64,000 bases of DNA from an uncultured Clostridium sp. GTDB taxonomy: Bacteria > Bacillota > Clostridia > TANB77 > CAG-508. The notes under the pieces are model-generated. The model had not been told where the DNA came from. It worked only from the letters and a program-made list of their open reading frames with translations, and did no database searches. The stretch spans positions 24,594-88,593 of the forward strand of contig URYN01000003.1 of assembly GCA_900552135.1 (NCBI GenBank). The letters run 5' to 3'. Made by a program: the position numbers and the translations under genes. Below, piece after piece: positions 62,895 through 64,000 of the stretch (its first letter is position 1; each line of letters starts with the position of its first letter).

Positions 62895-63464
62895 CTATTT
62901 TTTTGAAGTTTTCTTTTTCTTTATAAAAATTGATGCCAATATAATTAAAAGAAGAACTACAATAATCGCAATAACACCTGGCCAGCCGAATGCAGAAACA
63001 ATCTTGCTACCTAAAGACATTATAATACCTGCTAAAATAACACCTAATGAAACAGCAACAATGCTTGTTTTAAAGTCAAGATTTAAGAATGAAGCGGCTA
63101 GTGTTCCTGTCCAAGCTCCTGTTCCAGGTAGAGGAATTCCAACAAATAATAATAGTGCCCAGAAGATTCCTCTATTTCCTGCAGAGGCTTTTAATTTTTC
63201 TCCGCCTTTTTCTCCTTTAGTTAAGCACCATGTAAAGAATTTGCCAATGAACTTTTTATCTTTACCCCATTCAAGAACTTTTCTTGCAAACCAATATATA
63301 ATTGGAACAGGAAGCATATTTCCTAAAATTGCGATAGGGTAGTATAAAAATATGTTTAATCCTAAACTTTCCGCAATTGGAATAGCTCCTCTTAGTTCTA
63401 CGATTGGAACCATACTTACAAAAAATACAATTAAATATTTTAATACGATTGGTAAACTTGCCAT
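62895..63464 (-). CDS. Small multidrug-export-like membrane protein (COG2426 family)
   Basis: VPIVELRGAIP.A...G......Y..AILGNMLPVP pattern with 4-5 TM segments. Confidence 0.7.
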   Translation of the reverse strand: MASLPIVLKYLIVFFVSMVPIVELRGAIPIAESLGLNIFLYYPIAILGNMLPVPIIYWFARKVLEWGKDKKFIGKFFTWCLTKGEKGGEKLKASAGNRGIFWALLLFVGIPLPGTGAWTGTLAASFLNLDFKTSIVAVSLGVILAGIIMSLGSKIVSAFGWPGVIAIIVVLLLIILASIFIKKKKTSKK

Positions 63465-63824
63465 AATAAATTTGTATGATGTTATAATAAATCTAAAAAT
63501 TAGATATTAAATATTAAAAATCAAAACTTAATATTAAAATCGAAAATTAGATAATTAAATCATACTTCCTCCTTTATAAAATTTCTTACCCATTGTACTA
63601 TAATGTCTGAGAAAAGTAAAGAAAAAATTGAATTAAATTAAAATGATTGCTGATTAGAGCAACAATATATCATTTTCTATCAATGAAGTAAAATCCGTAA
63701 AGTGAAAAGTTAAAGGCAATGAAGTAAAATCGAGAATATACTGGCAATATTATGTAAAATATGTTATAATAAAGAAGTATCCAAAAAAAACTTGGAACTT
63801 TTACAAAATTAGGAGGTGCTTTTA

Positions 63825-64000
63825 ATGCCTAAAGGCTATACAAGTCAAAAGGGCGTTATATATTCCGATGTAATTCGGGATATGGCAGAAGATCCAAACT
63901 TTTTGAATGAGGAGGTAAGAGGCAGACTATCCAGAATGAGGTACCGTGAGCAGGAATACCTTGGTGGCAATGTTGAAAATATATTGCTACTGGAGGGAGT
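63825..64000 (+). CDS. Hypothetical protein; 3' end lies outside the window
   Basis: An aggagg RBS lies 8 nt before ATG at 63825. The frame is open to the window edge (MPKGYTSQKGVIYSDVIRDMAEDPNFLNEEVRG...). Not in the ORF track because no stop is reached. Confidence 0.45.
   Translation, partial: MPKGYTSQKGVIYSDVIRDMAEDPNFLNEEVRGRLSRMRYREQEYLGGNVENILLLEG

Noticed and set aside
62836-63342. 168-aa plus-strand ORF
   Set aside because: It is antisense to the COG2426-type membrane protein gene (62895..63464-), which has a recognisable family pattern and an RBS.

Overview
AT-rich (roughly 30% G+C by eye) Firmicutes/Clostridia-like chromosomal segment made up mostly of housekeeping genes. In order: rpsO-pnp, a GT2 plus GT-C glycosyltransferase pair, murC, spoVG, a SpoVB/MurJ-type flippase, hup, the S10-spc-alpha ribosomal protein cluster (rpsJ to rplQ with secY-adk-map-infA-rpmJ, but no rpmD), recD2-comFC, spoVT, gap-pgk-tpiA-gpmI, greA, deoD, ruvA, rarA, secG and rnr. 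No rRNA, tRNA, CRISPR array, transposase or integrase was recognised.

The accessory content is a dispersed paralog family of surface proteins. They share a pseudopilin-like N-terminal module (G-I-T-L-I-A-L, no Glu at +5) joined to different heads: three FGE/C-type-lectin-fold heads (1..1179, 52403..53710, 58702..59892) and one BspA-type LRR head (1325..2639, frameshifted). There is also a decayed fragment at 3585..3757.

The strongest finding is in the copy at 58702..59892. Its last ~40 codons (about 59757..59880) are ~60% G+C, adenine-poor and dominated by NNC codons, at the position where diversity-generating retroelement (DGR) variable regions sit in CLec-fold targets. No reverse transcriptase, avd or template repeat is present in the window, so this would be a remote DGR target. 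That gene, with a structured 3' element, is bracketed by 32-nt direct repeats between an SPFH gene and the secG promoter.

Other points worth a second look:
- a GC-rich palindromic (REP-like) repeat in three copies
- long inverted-repeat spacers and internal promoters inside the ribosomal protein cluster
- an S10 leader with an attenuator-like terminator
- a giant hairpin in the pnp leader
- a standalone KAP-type P-loop NTPase
- a divergent standalone RelA/SpoT-fold protein
- an orphan YezG-like immunity protein
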